From: Tubulanus polymorphus
Lineage: Eukaryota > Animalia > Nemertea
DNA: 64,000 nt
Assembly: GCF_964204645.1 (NCBI RefSeq)
Contig: NC_134031.1
Span: forward strand, 13,999,807 to 14,063,806
Reading direction: 5' to 3'
In this document: in pieces, positions 1-13,203 of the stretch
Position numbering within the stretch: position 1 is the stretch's first letter
Layout: every line of letters starts with the position of its first letter
The notes under the pieces: model-generated
Seen by the model: the letters and a program-made list of their open reading frames with translations, nothing else
Database searches by the model: none
Told to the model about the DNA's origin: nothing
Translations under genes and position numbers: made by a program

Positions 1-412
1 GAAAATGCAAAAACTCTCGGATTATTTACACGCGGAAAACGACCAAAAAAATTAAAAAAAACGAACATTACCGATCTTAGCCCCTTATAGTTATTTTCAA
101 AGTTAGATGTATTAATTAGGCTTTAAACAACATAAACTCCCATCAGTCGCTTGCCGGTTCAGGCTGGATGGATGATTGTTCCGACGAACCGGAACCGACA
201 TTTTCAATTATGTACTTCGATTTAAAAAAAATGATGTAACCTCGACCGACGACAACTCAACTACATTTTGTACTTCGATTTCCGATTTCAAAAACAAACC
301 CCCTGTTTCGCTCCCGGCAGGTGTGGTGGGTATGTAAGGGACGCCAAATCAAACGAAATTTAATCGCAAAAGTTTTTACAATTACCAGTCAAATAAATAA
401 GAGATTAAGATC
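1..412 (+). mobile_element. 3' UTR end of a Keno-like retrotransposon copy (continues left of the window), joined without poly(A) to U2 nt ~22
   Basis: Near-identical (a few differences) to 20644-21054; ends AATAAATAAGAGATTAAGATC and runs directly into AAAGTGTAGTATC of U2. Confidence 0.93.
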
Positions 413-575
413 AAAGTGTAGTATCTGTTCTTATCAGCTTAATATCTGATACGCTCCCCATAGGGGAGCTTCGATATTAAACTGATTTTTGGCACTAGGT
501 GAAGAGTCAGGGGCTTGCTCCGCCTTCGCCACGAGTTGGCCTGGTATTGCAGTACCTCCAGGATCGGCTCACTCC
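406..575 (+). pseudogene. RNU2: 3' part (nt ~22-190) of a U2 snRNA gene disrupted by the retrotransposon
   Basis: Identical to intact U2 copies from nt 22; the 5' end is replaced by retroelement 3' UTR. Confidence 0.9.
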
Positions 576-1988
576 CTCTGGGAGTTCAATATCAAATAAA
601 GATAGTTGAGCCTAGGTCTATCCTCGCTTACCAGGTTCTGTTTGGCTCACGCCAACACGAGCTCTGTCTGTAGGCCTAAGATTTTTTTGGGTGCACGGGT
701 GGCCGCTTAGCGGCCACCAGCGATTAGCCAATCGCACGCGTGAAAAACAACGTATCTGATTGGCTTAAATACTTATAAATCTCTGGCGATGTAATAGGCC
801 GATGAATGGTTTGCGGCCAGGGTTTGTGTGGGCGTGAGCTTCGGCTTCAGTTCCAGAGAAGATCTAGACCATTAACAAACTGACCTTGACCTGGGCTCCG
901 GCGTAATGTCGAAGTACATAATACGTAGAATATGCGTTGCGTAATTACGAATCAATGACGGAAGTTGAATTCCGTCGTCTGTCGTCGATTTATTCGCTTC
1001 ATTGGACTGTGAGTATATATTTACCATCCATGAATACTTTCGATCCATCAATCATCGCCCAATCGGGATCTCCGAATCAGTTGAAATACTTTCCGTCTTA
1101 AGTTTTAGCAACCAACGCTGAATTTCACGGCAAGTCATCTTATCCGGAGGCAAAGAAATCGAAGCTAGCAACCGCATTACTGAGTAACATAGCAACTTTT
1201 TTCGGTGATATCATAGCAACCGGTGGCATGATAAGGGTTCGAGTCCCGATTTATTGCGCTGTCATATCGGGCCACAGCGTATTCAAACCGTGTGCCTAAT
1301 AAATATCGAGTATCGACCTACGTTTATCCATATACGCGAGAAAGATTCACCCTGACTGCAAACTAGTAAAGGGCCTAGAGTTGAGTAGGCTTCGCCGAGA
1401 CCGGGAAGCGCGTAGCGCAGGACCCCAAAAATAGTACCTAGATCAATGGAACCAGCCACAGGTAGGGCAGTGAAACGGTAGGCTAATTCAACAAATAGGA
1501 GAGTCGACGGAAAACTGATGTATGTGCGAAATCCGTGGATCCTGAGAGGCAAATCGATGAAAAAATAGAGGATTCCTTGGAACTATTTTGCTTGAAGTTA
1601 GAATACGGCGCCATACCAAACGTGGCAGTTCGGGGATTCCCTGCAATATCCGTACGACACCGGGGCGGTACCAATTCAAATTCAAATCATCCCGTTCCGC
1701 CTTTTTCCTTTCTAGACGACTATCATTTCAAAAGTTTGGATGGGCATGTGGAGAACGAAACTCACTTCTACGTAAAGTGAAGATGTTGGCGGCGGACAGC
1801 GAACGCATCCCGCAAATTGTGCGAACCACGTGTCGTAGCCTACCGACATCGTAGCGGTTACGCTTTTGGGTTGGTTCACTGAGCGTTTCACAAGTGTTTT
1901 TATCGCGACTAAAGTGTAGGATATTATCGATATTATGAATATTCGTAGGTAGTAGCAAATTTTCCGGGCATAATGAAGTTCACAATTT

Positions 1989-1996
1989 ATTTGCAT
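1989..1996 (+). promoter_or_regulatory. Octamer ATTTGCAT (snRNA distal sequence element), repeated every 1804 bp
   Basis: Perfect octamer at -200 from U2 +1 (2189), the canonical DSE position. Confidence 0.75.
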
Positions 1997-2123
1997 AATT
2001 TTAGATCCATCGTAGTGGCTCGAAATTAATACCGGAATATATGAAATCAATTCAATTTTCATTTGAATGCCCTATCGAAAATTAAAATCATTCAAAAAGG
2101 TATAGCGCGTACATTTTTATATG

Positions 2124-2145
2124 TCTCACACAGTTGATGTAAATA
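2124..2145 (+). promoter_or_regulatory. PSE-like proximal sequence element, repeated in each unit
   Basis: TCTCACACAGTTGATGTAAATA at about -65 to -44; TCAC core and position as in metazoan snRNA PSEs. Confidence 0.6.
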
Positions 2146-2188
2146 ACGGTTGTTCGACATATATATTGAATTGCGTTCATTCAACGGT

Positions 2189-2379
2189 ATCGCTTCTCGG
2201 CCTATTGGCTAAGATCAAAGTGTAGTATCTGTTCTTATCAGCTTAATATCTGATACGCTCCCCATAGGGGAGCTTCGATATTAAACTGATTTTTGGCACT
2301 AGGTGAAGAGTCAGGGGCTTGCTCCGCCTTCGCCACGAGTTGGCCTGGTATTGCAGTACCTCCAGGATCGGCTCACTCC
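2189..2379 (+). ncRNA. RNU2: U2 spliceosomal snRNA
   Basis: ATCGCTTCTCGGCC start, branch-point recognition GTAGTA, Sm site ATTTTTG, loop IV ATTGCAGT. Confidence 0.98.
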
Positions 2380-2387
2380 CTCTGGGA

Positions 2388-2406
2388 GTTCAATATCAAA
2401 TGAAGA
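2388..2406 (+). terminator. snRNA 3' box (3'-end processing signal), repeated in each unit
   Basis: GTTCAATATCAAATRAAGA about 9 nt after the U2 end; resembles the GTT..AAA..AGA 3' box. Confidence 0.6.
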
Positions 2407-3992
2407 TAGTTGAGCCTAGGTCTATCCTCGCTTACCAGGTTCTGTTTGGCTCACGCCAACACGAGCTCTGTCTGTAGGCCTAAGATTTTTTTGGGTGCAC
2501 GGGTGGCCGCTTAGCGGCCACCAGCGATTAGCCAATCGCACGCGTGAAAAACAACGTATCTGATTGGCTTAAATACTTATAAATCTCTGGCGATGTAATA
2601 GGCCGATGAATGGTTTGCGGCCAGGGTTTGTGTGGGCGTGAGCTTCGGCTTCAGTTCCAGAGAAGATCTAGACCATTAACAAACTGACCTTGACCTGGGC
2701 TCCGGCGTAATGTCGAAGTACATAATACGTAGAATATGCGTTGCGTAATTACGAATCAATGACGGAAGTTGAATTCCGTCGTCTGTCGTCGATTTATTCG
2801 CTTCATTGGACTGTGAGTATATATTTACCATCCATGAATACTTTCGATCCATCAATCATCGCCCAATCGGGATCTCCGAATCAGTTGAAATACTTTCCGT
2901 CTTAAGTTTTAGCAACCAACGCTGAATTTCACGGCAAGTCATCTTATCCGGAGGCAAAGAAATCGAAGCTAGCAACCGCATTACTGAGTAACATAGCAAC
3001 TTTTTTCGGTGATATCATAGCAACCGGTGGCATGATAAGGGTTCGAGTCCCGATTTATTGCGCTGTCATATCGGGCCACAGCGTATTCAAACCGTGTGCC
3101 TAATAAATATCGAGTATCGACCTACGTTTATCCATATACGCGAGAAAGATTCACCCTGACTGCAAACTAGTAAAGGGCCTAGAGTTGAGTAGGCTTCGCC
3201 GAGACCGGGAAGCGCGTAGCGCAGGACCCCAAAAATAGTACCTAGATCAATGGAACCAGCCACAGGTAGGGCAGTGAAACGGTAGGCTAATTCAACAAAT
3301 AGGAGAGTCGACGGAAAACTGATGTATGTGCGAAATCCGTGGATCCTGAGAGGCAAATCGATGAAAAAATAGAGGATTCCTTGGAACTATTTTGCTTGAA
3401 GTTAGAATACGGCGCCATACCAAACGTGGCAGTTCGGGGATTCCCTGCAATATCCGTACGACACCGGGGCGGTACCAATTCAAATTCAAATCATCCCGTT
3501 CCGCCTTTTTCCTTTCTAGACGACTATCATTTCAAAAGTTTGGATGGGCATGTGGAGAACGAAACTCACTTCTACGTAAAGTGAAGATGTTGGCGGCGGA
3601 CAGCGAACGCATCCCGCAAATTGTGCGAACCACGTGTCGTAGCCTACCGACATCGTAGCGGTTACGCTTTTGGGTTGGTTCACTGAGCGTTTCACAAGTG
3701 TTTTTATCGCGACTAAAGTGTAGGATATTATCGATATTATGAATATTCGTAGGTAGTAGCAAATTTTCCGGGCATAATGAAGTTCACAATTTATTTGCAT
3801 AATTTTAGATCCATCGTAGTGGCTCGAAATTAATACCGGAATATATGAAATCAATTCAATTTTCATTTGAATGCCCTATCGAAAATTAAAATCATTCAAA
3901 AAGGTATAGCGCGTACATTTTTATATGTCTCACACAGTTGATGTAAATAACGGTTGTTCGACATATATATTGAATTGCGTTCATTCAACGGT

Positions 3993-4183
3993 ATCGCTTC
4001 TCGGCCTATTGGCTAAGATCAAAGTGTAGTATCTGTTCTTATCAGCTTAATATCTGATACGCTCCCCATAGGGGAGCTTCGATATTAAACTGATTTTTGG
4101 CACTAGGTGAAGAGTCAGGGGCTTGCTCCGCCTTCGCCACGAGTTGGCCTGGTATTGCAGTACCTCCAGGATCGGCTCACTCC
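3993..4183 (+). ncRNA. RNU2: U2 snRNA
   Basis: Identical to 2189-2379. Confidence 0.98.
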
Positions 4184-5796
4184 CTCTGGGAGTTCAATAT
4201 CAAATGAAGATAGTTGAGCCTAGGTCTATCCTCGCTTACCAGGTTCTGTTTGGCTCACGCCAACACGAGCTCTGTCTGTAGGCCTAAGATTTTTTTGGGT
4301 GCACGGGTGGCCGCTTAGCGGCCACCAGCGATTAGCCAATCGCACGCGTGAAAAACAACGTATCTGATTGGCTTAAATACTTATAAATCTCTGGCGATGT
4401 AATAGGCCGATGAATGGTTTGCGGCCAGGGTTTGTGTGGGCGTGAGCTTCGGCTTCAGTTCCAGAGAAGATCTAGACCATTAACAAACTGACCTTGACCT
4501 GGGCTCCGGCGTAATGTCGAAGTACATAATACGTAGAATATGCGTTGCGTAATTACGAATCAATGACGGAAGTTGAATTCCGTCGTCTGTCGTCGATTTA
4601 TTCGCTTCATTGGACTGTGAGTATATATTTACCATCCATGAATACTTTCGATCCATCAATCATCGCCCAATCGGGATCTCCGAATCAGTTGAAATACTTT
4701 CCGTCTTAAGTTTTAGCAACCAACGCTGAATTTCACGGCAAGTCATCTTATCCGGAGGCAAAGAAATCGAAGCTAGCAACCGCATTACTGAGTAACATAG
4801 CAACTTTTTTCGGTGATATCATAGCAACCGGTGGCATGATAAGGGTTCGAGTCCCGATTTATTGCGCTGTCATATCGGGCCACAGCGTATTCAAACCGTG
4901 TGCCTAATAAATATCGAGTATCGACCTACGTTTATCCATATACGCGAGAAAGATTCACCCTGACTGCAAACTAGTAAAGGGCCTAGAGTTGAGTAGGCTT
5001 CGCCGAGACCGGGAAGCGCGTAGCGCAGGACCCCAAAAATAGTACCTAGATCAATGGAACCAGCCACAGGTAGGGCAGTGAAACGGTAGGCTAATTCAAC
5101 AAATAGGAGAGTCGACGGAAAACTGATGTATGTGCGAAATCCGTGGATCCTGAGAGGCAAATCGATGAAAAAATAGAGGATTCCTTGGAACTATTTTGCT
5201 TGAAGTTAGAATACGGCGCCATACCAAACGTGGCAGTTCGGGGATTCCCTGCAATATCCGTACGACACCGGGGCGGTACCAATTCAAATTCAAATCATCC
5301 CGTTCCGCCTTTTTCCTTTCTAGACGACTATCATTTCAAAAGTTTGGATGGGCATGTGGAGAACGAAACTCACTTCTACGTAAAGTGAAGATGTTGGCGG
5401 CGGACAGCGAACGCATCCCGCAAATTGTGCGAACCACGTGTCGTAGCCTACCGACATCGTAGCGGTTACGCTTTTGGGTTGGTTCACTGAGCGTTTCACA
5501 AGTGTTTTTATCGCGACTAAAGTGTAGGATATTATCGATATTATGAATATTCGTAGGTAGTAGCAAATTTTCCGGGCATAATGAAGTTCACAATTTATTT
5601 GCATAATTTTAGATCCATCGTAGTGGCTCGAAATTAATACCGGAATATATGAAATCAATTCAATTTTCATTTGAATGCCCTATCGAAAATTAAAATCATT
5701 CAAAAAGGTATAGCGCGTACATTTTTATATGTCTCACACAGTTGATGTAAATAACGGTTGTTCGACATATATATTGAATTGCGTTCATTCAACGGT

Positions 5797-5987
5797 ATCG
5801 CTTCTCGGCCTATTGGCTAAGATCAAAGTGTAGTATCTGTTCTTATCAGCTTAATATCTGATACGCTCCCCATAGGGGAGCTTCGATATTAAACTGATTT
5901 TTGGCACTAGGTGAAGAGTCAGGGGCTTGCTCCGCCTTCGCCACGAGTTGGCCTGGTATTGCAGTACCTCCAGGATCGGCTCACTCC
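5797..5987 (+). ncRNA. RNU2: U2 snRNA
   Basis: Identical copy. Confidence 0.98.
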
Positions 5988-7600
5988 CTCTGGGAGTTCA
6001 ATATCAAATGAAGATAGTTGAGCCTAGGTCTATCCTCGCTTACCAGGTTCTGTTTGGCTCACGCCAACACGAGCTCTGTCTGTAGGCCTAAGATTTTTTT
6101 GGGTGCACGGGTGGCCGCTTAGCGGCCACCAGCGATTAGCCAATCGCACGCGTGAAAAACAACGTATCTGATTGGCTTAAATACTTATAAATCTCTGGCG
6201 ATGTAATAGGCCGATGAATGGTTTGCGGCCAGGGTTTGTGTGGGCGTGAGCTTCGGCTTCAGTTCCAGAGAAGATCTAGACCATTAACAAACTGACCTTG
6301 ACCTGGGCTCCGGCGTAATGTCGAAGTACATAATACGTAGAATATGCGTTGCGTAATTACGAATCAATGACGGAAGTTGAATTCCGTCGTCTGTCGTCGA
6401 TTTATTCGCTTCATTGGACTGTGAGTATATATTTACCATCCATGAATACTTTCGATCCATCAATCATCGCCCAATCGGGATCTCCGAATCAGTTGAAATA
6501 CTTTCCGTCTTAAGTTTTAGCAACCAACGCTGAATTTCACGGCAAGTCATCTTATCCGGAGGCAAAGAAATCGAAGCTAGCAACCGCATTACTGAGTAAC
6601 ATAGCAACTTTTTTCGGTGATATCATAGCAACCGGTGGCATGATAAGGGTTCGAGTCCCGATTTATTGCGCTGTCATATCGGGCCACAGCGTATTCAAAC
6701 CGTGTGCCTAATAAATATCGAGTATCGACCTACGTTTATCCATATACGCGAGAAAGATTCACCCTGACTGCAAACTAGTAAAGGGCCTAGAGTTGAGTAG
6801 GCTTCGCCGAGACCGGGAAGCGCGTAGCGCAGGACCCCAAAAATAGTACCTAGATCAATGGAACCAGCCACAGGTAGGGCAGTGAAACGGTAGGCTAATT
6901 CAACAAATAGGAGAGTCGACGGAAAACTGATGTATGTGCGAAATCCGTGGATCCTGAGAGGCAAATCGATGAAAAAATAGAGGATTCCTTGGAACTATTT
7001 TGCTTGAAGTTAGAATACGGCGCCATACCAAACGTGGCAGTTCGGGGATTCCCTGCAATATCCGTACGACACCGGGGCGGTACCAATTCAAATTCAAATC
7101 ATCCCGTTCCGCCTTTTTCCTTTCTAGACGACTATCATTTCAAAAGTTTGGATGGGCATGTGGAGAACGAAACTCACTTCTACGTAAAGTGAAGATGTTG
7201 GCGGCGGACAGCGAACGCATCCCGCAAATTGTGCGAACCACGTGTCGTAGCCTACCGACATCGTAGCGGTTACGCTTTTGGGTTGGTTCACTGAGCGTTT
7301 CACAAGTGTTTTTATCGCGACTAAAGTGTAGGATATTATCGATATTATGAATATTCGTAGGTAGTAGCAAATTTTCCGGGCATAATGAAGTTCACAATTT
7401 ATTTGCATAATTTTAGATCCATCGTAGTGGCTCGAAATTAATACCGGAATATATGAAATCAATTCAATTTTCATTTGAATGCCCTATCGAAAATTAAAAT
7501 CATTCAAAAAGGTATAGCGCGTACATTTTTATATGTCTCACACAGTTGATGTAAATAACGGTTGTTCGACATATATATTGAATTGCGTTCATTCAACGGT

Positions 7601-7791
7601 ATCGCTTCTCGGCCTATTGGCTAAGATCAAAGTGTAGTATCTGTTCTTATCAGCTTAATATCTGATACGCTCCCCATAGGGGAGCTTCGATATTAAACTG
7701 ATTTTTGGCACTAGGTGAAGAGTCAGGGGCTTGCTCCGCCTTCGCCACGAGTTGGCCTGGTATTGCAGTACCTCCAGGATCGGCTCACTCC
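7601..7791 (+). ncRNA. RNU2: U2 snRNA
   Basis: Identical copy. Confidence 0.98.
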
Positions 7792-9404
7792 CTCTGGGAG
7801 TTCAATATCAAATAAAGATAGTTGAGCCTAGGTCTATCCTCGCTTACCAGGTTCTGTTTGGCTCACGCCAACACGAGCTCTGTCTGTAGGCCTAAGATTT
7901 TTTTGGGTGCACGGGTGGCCGCTTAGCGGCCACCAGCGATTAGCCAATCGCACGCGTGAAAAACAACGTATCTGATTGGCTTAAATACTTATAAATCTCT
8001 GGCGATGTAATAGGCCGATGAATGGTTTGCGGCCAGGGTTTGTGTGGGCGTGAGCTTCGGCTTCAGTTCCAGAGAAGATCTAGACCATTAACAAACTGAC
8101 CTTGACCTGGGCTCCGGCGTAATGTCGAAGTACATAATACGTAGAATATGCGTTGCGTAATTACGAATCAATGACGGAAGTTGAATTCCGTCGTCTGTCG
8201 TCGATTTATTCGCTTCATTGGACTGTGAGTATATATTTACCATCCATGAATACTTTCGATCCATCAATCATCGCCCAATCGGGATCTCCGAATCAGTTGA
8301 AATACTTTCCGTCTTAAGTTTTAGCAACCAACGCTGAATTTCACGGCAAGTCATCTTATCCGGAGGCAAAGAAATCGAAGCTAGCAACCGCATTACTGAG
8401 TAACATAGCAACTTTTTTCGGTGATATCATAGCAACCGGTGGCATGATAAGGGTTCGAGTCCCGATTTATTGCGCTGTCATATCGGGCCACAGCGTATTC
8501 AAACCGTGTGCCTAATAAATATCGAGTATCGACCTACGTTTATCCATATACGCGAGAAAGATTCACCCTGACTGCAAACTAGTAAAGGGCCTAGAGTTGA
8601 GTAGGCTTCGCCGAGACCGGGAAGCGCGTAGCGCAGGACCCCAAAAATAGTACCTAGATCAATGGAACCAGCCACAGGTAGGGCAGTGAAACGGTAGGCT
8701 AATTCAACAAATAGGAGAGTCGACGGAAAACTGATGTATGTGCGAAATCCGTGGATCCTGAGAGGCAAATCGATGAAAAAATAGAGGATTCCTTGGAACT
8801 ATTTTGCTTAAAGTTAGAATACGGCGCCATACCAAACGTGGCAGTTCGGGGATTCCCTGCAATATCCGTACGACACCGGGGCGGTACCAATTCAAATTCA
8901 AATCATCCCGTTCCGCCTTTTTCCTTTCTAGACGACTATCATTTCAAAAGTTTGGATGGGCATGTGGAGAACGAAACTCACTTCTACGTAAAGTGAAGAT
9001 GTTGGCGGCGGACAGCGAACGCATCCCGCAAATTGTGCGAACCACGTGTCGTAGCCTACCGACATCGTAGCGGTTACGCTTTTGGGTTGGTTCACTGAGC
9101 GTTTCACAAGTGTTTTTATCGCGACTAAAGTGTAGGATATTATCGATATTATGAATATTCGTAGGTAGTAGCAAATTTTCCGGGCATAATGAAGTTCACA
9201 ATTTATTTGCATAATTTTAGATCCATCGTAGTGGCTCGAAATTAATACCGGAATATATGAAATCAATTCAATTTTCATTTGAATGCCCTATCGAAAATTA
9301 AAATCATTCAAAAAGGTATAGCGCGTACATTTTTATATGTCTCACACAGTTGATGTAAATAACGGTTGTTCGACATATATATTGAATTGCGTTCATTCAA
9401 CGGT

Positions 9405-9595
9405 ATCGCTTCTCGGCCTATTGGCTAAGATCAAAGTGTAGTATCTGTTCTTATCAGCTTAATATCTGATACGCTCCCCATAGGGGAGCTTCGATATTAA
9501 ACTGATTTTTGGCACTAGGTGAAGAGTCAGGGGCTTGCTCCGCCTTCGCCACGAGTTGGCCTGGTATTGCAGTACCTCCAGGATCGGCTCACTCC
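9405..9595 (+). ncRNA. RNU2: U2 snRNA
   Basis: Identical copy. Confidence 0.98.
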
Positions 9596-11208
9596 CTCTG
9601 GGAGTTCAATATCAAATAAAGATAGTTGAGCCTAGGTCTATCCTCGCTTACCAGGTTCTGTTTGGCTCACGCCAACACGAGCTCTGTCTGTAGGCCTAAG
9701 ATTTTTTTGGGTGCACGGGTGGCCGCTTAGCGGCCACCAGCGATTAGCCAATCGCACGCGTGAAAAACAACGTATCTGATTGGCTTAAATACTTATAAAT
9801 CTCTGGCGATGTAATAGGCCGATGAATGGTTTGCGGCCAGGGTTTGTGTGGGCGTGAGCTTCGGCTTCAGTTCCAGAGAAGATCTAGACCATTAACAAAC
9901 TGACCTTGACCTGGGCTCCGGCGTAATGTCGAAGTACATAATACGTAGAATATGCGTTGCGTAATTACGAATCAATGACGGAAGTTGAATTCCGTCGTCT
10001 GTCGTCGATTTATTCGCTTCATTGGACTGTGAGTATATATTTACCATCCATGAATACTTTCGATCCATCAATCATCGCCCAATCGGGATCTCCGAATCAG
10101 TTGAAATACTTTCCGTCTTAAGTTTTAGCAACCAACGCTGAATTTCACGGCAAGTCATCTTATCCGGAGGCAAAGAAATCGAAGCTAGCAACCGCATTAC
10201 TGAGTAACATAGCAACTTTTTTCGGTGATATCATAGCAACCGGTGGCATGATAAGGGTTCGAGTCCCGATTTATTGCGCTGTCATATCGGGCCACAGCGT
10301 ATTCAAACCGTGTGCCTAATAAATATCGAGTATCGACCTACGTTTATCCATATACGCGAGAAAGATTCACCCTGACTGCAAACTAGTAAAGGGCCTAGAG
10401 TTGAGTAGGCTTCGCCGAGACCGGGAAGCGCGTAGCGCAGGACCCCAAAAATAGTACCTAGATCAATGGAACCAGCCACAGGTAGGGCAGTGAAACGGTA
10501 GGCTAATTCAACAAATAGGAGAGTCGACGGAAAACTGATGTATGTGCGAAATCCGTGGATCCTGAGAGGCAAATCGATGAAAAAATAGAGGATTCCTTGG
10601 AACTATTTTGCTTGAAGTTAGAATACGGCGCCATACCAAACGTGGCAGTTCGGGGATTCCCTGCAATATCCGTACGACACCGGGGCGGTACCAATTCAAA
10701 TTCAAATCATCCCGTTCCGCCTTTTTCCTTTCTAGACGACTATCATTTCAAAAGTTTGGATGGGCATGTGGAGAACGAAACTCACTTCTACGTAAAGTGA
10801 AGATGTTGGCGGCGGACAGCGAACGCATCCCGCAAATTGTGCGAACCACGTGTCGTAGCCTACCGACATCGTAGCGGTTACGCTTTTGGGTTGGTTCACT
10901 GAGCGTTTCACAAGTGTTTTTATCGCGACTAAAGTGTAGGATATTATCGATATTATGAATATTCGTAGGTAGTAGCAAATTTTCCGGGCATAATGAAGTT
11001 CACAATTTATTTGCATAATTTTAGATCCATCGTAGTGGCTCGAAATTAATACCGGAATATATGAAATCAATTCAATTTTCATTTGAATGCCCTATCGAAA
11101 ATTAAAATCATTCAAAAAGGTATAGCGCGTACATTTTTATATGTCTCACACAGTTGATGTAAATAACGGTTGTTCGACATATATATTGAATTGCGTTCAT
11201 TCAACGGT

Positions 11209-11399
11209 ATCGCTTCTCGGCCTATTGGCTAAGATCAAAGTGTAGTATCTGTTCTTATCAGCTTAATATCTGATACGCTCCCCATAGGGGAGCTTCGATA
11301 TTAAACTGATTTTTGGCACTAGGTGAAGAGTCAGGGGCTTGCTCCGCCTTCGCCACGAGTTGGCCTGGTATTGCAGTACCTCCAGGATCGGCTCACTCC
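11209..11399 (+). ncRNA. RNU2: U2 snRNA
   Basis: Identical copy. Confidence 0.98.
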
Positions 11400-13012
11400 C
11401 TCTGGGAGTTCAATATCAAATAAAGATAGTTGAGCCTAGGTCTATCCTCGCTTACCAGGTTCTGTTTGGCTCACGCCAACACGAGCTCTGTCTGTAGGCC
11501 TAAGATTTTTTTGGGTGCACGGGTGGCCGCTTAGCGGCCACCAGCGATTAGCCAATCGCACGCGTGAAAAACAACGTATCTGATTGGCTTAAATACTTAT
11601 AAATCTCTGGCGATGTAATAGGCCGATGAATGGTTTGCGGCCAGGGTTTGTGTGGGCGTGAGCTTCGGCTTCAGTTCCAGAGAAGATCTAGACCATTAAC
11701 AAACTGACCTTGACCTGGGCTCCGGCGTAATGTCGAAGTACATAATACGTAGAATATGCGTTGCGTAATTACGAATCAATGACGGAAGTTGAATTCCGTC
11801 GTCTGTCGTCGATTTATTCGCTTCATTGGACTGTGAGTATATATTTACCATCCATGAATACTTTCGATCCATCAATCATCGCCCAATCGGGATCTCCGAA
11901 TCAGTTGAAATACTTTCCGTCTTAAGTTTTAGCAACCAACGCTGAATTTCACGGCAAGTCATCTTATCCGGAGGCAAAGAAATCGAAGCTAGCAACCGCA
12001 TTACTGAGTAACATAGCAACTTTTTTCGGTGATATCATAGCAACCGGTGGCATGATAAGGGTTCGAGTCCCGATTTATTGCGCTGTCATATCGGGCCACA
12101 GCGTATTCAAACCGTGTGCCTAATAAATATCGAGTATCGACCTACGTTTATCCATATACGCGAGAAAGATTCACCCTGACTGCAAACTAGTAAAGGGCCT
12201 AGAGTTGAGTAGGCTTCGCCGAGACCGGGAAGCGCGTAGCGCAGGACCCCAAAAATAGTACCTAGATCAATGGAACCAGCCACAGGTAGGGCAGTGAAAC
12301 GGTAGGCTAATTCAACAAATAGGAGAGTCGACGGAAAACTGATGTATGTGCGAAATCCGTGGATCCTGAGAGGCAAATCGATGAAAAAATAGAGGATTCC
12401 TTGGAACTATTTTGCTTGAAGTTAGAATACGGCGCCATACCAAACGTGGCAGTTCGGGGATTCCCTGCAATATCCGTACGACACCGGGGCGGTACCAATT
12501 CAAATTCAAATCATCCCGTTCCGCCTTTTTCCTTTCTAGACGACTATCATTTCAAAAGTTTGGATGGGCATGTGGAGAACGAAACTCACTTCTACGTAAA
12601 GTGAAGATGTTGGCGGCGGACAGCGAACGCATCCCGCAAATTGTGCGAACCACGTGTCGTAGCCTACCGACATCGTAGCGGTTACGCTTTTGGGTTGGTT
12701 CACTGAGCGTTTCACAAGTGTTTTTATCGCGACTAAAGTGTAGGATATTATCGATATTATGAATATTCGTAGGTAGTAGCAAATTTTCCGGGCATAATGA
12801 AGTTCACAATTTATTTGCATAATTTTAGATCCATCGTAGTGGCTCGAAATTAATACCGGAATATATGAAATCAATTCAATTTTCATTTGAATGCCCTATC
12901 GAAAATTAAAATCATTCAAAAAGGTATAGCGCGTACATTTTTATATGTCTCACACAGTTGATGTAAATAACGGTTGTTCGACATATATATTGAATTGCGT
13001 TCATTCAACGGT

Positions 13013-13203
13013 ATCGCTTCTCGGCCTATTGGCTAAGATCAAAGTGTAGTATCTGTTCTTATCAGCTTAATATCTGATACGCTCCCCATAGGGGAGCTTC
13101 GATATTAAACTGATTTTTGGCACTAGGTGAAGAGTCAGGGGCTTGCTCCGCCTTCGCCACGAGTTGGCCTGGTATTGCAGTACCTCCAGGATCGGCTCAC
13201 TCC
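13013..13203 (+). ncRNA. RNU2: U2 snRNA
   Basis: Identical copy. Confidence 0.98.

Noticed and set aside
838-866. U6 snRNA gene
   Set aside because: Only two short words match, with wrong spacing and no AGC/ISL or 3' region
1200-1260. tRNA gene
   Set aside because: B-box present but no cloverleaf or correctly spaced A-box
1507-1537. Hammerhead-like CTGATG...GAAA in the spacer
   Set aside because: Core is CUGAUGU rather than CUGANGA, and three stems cannot be drawn
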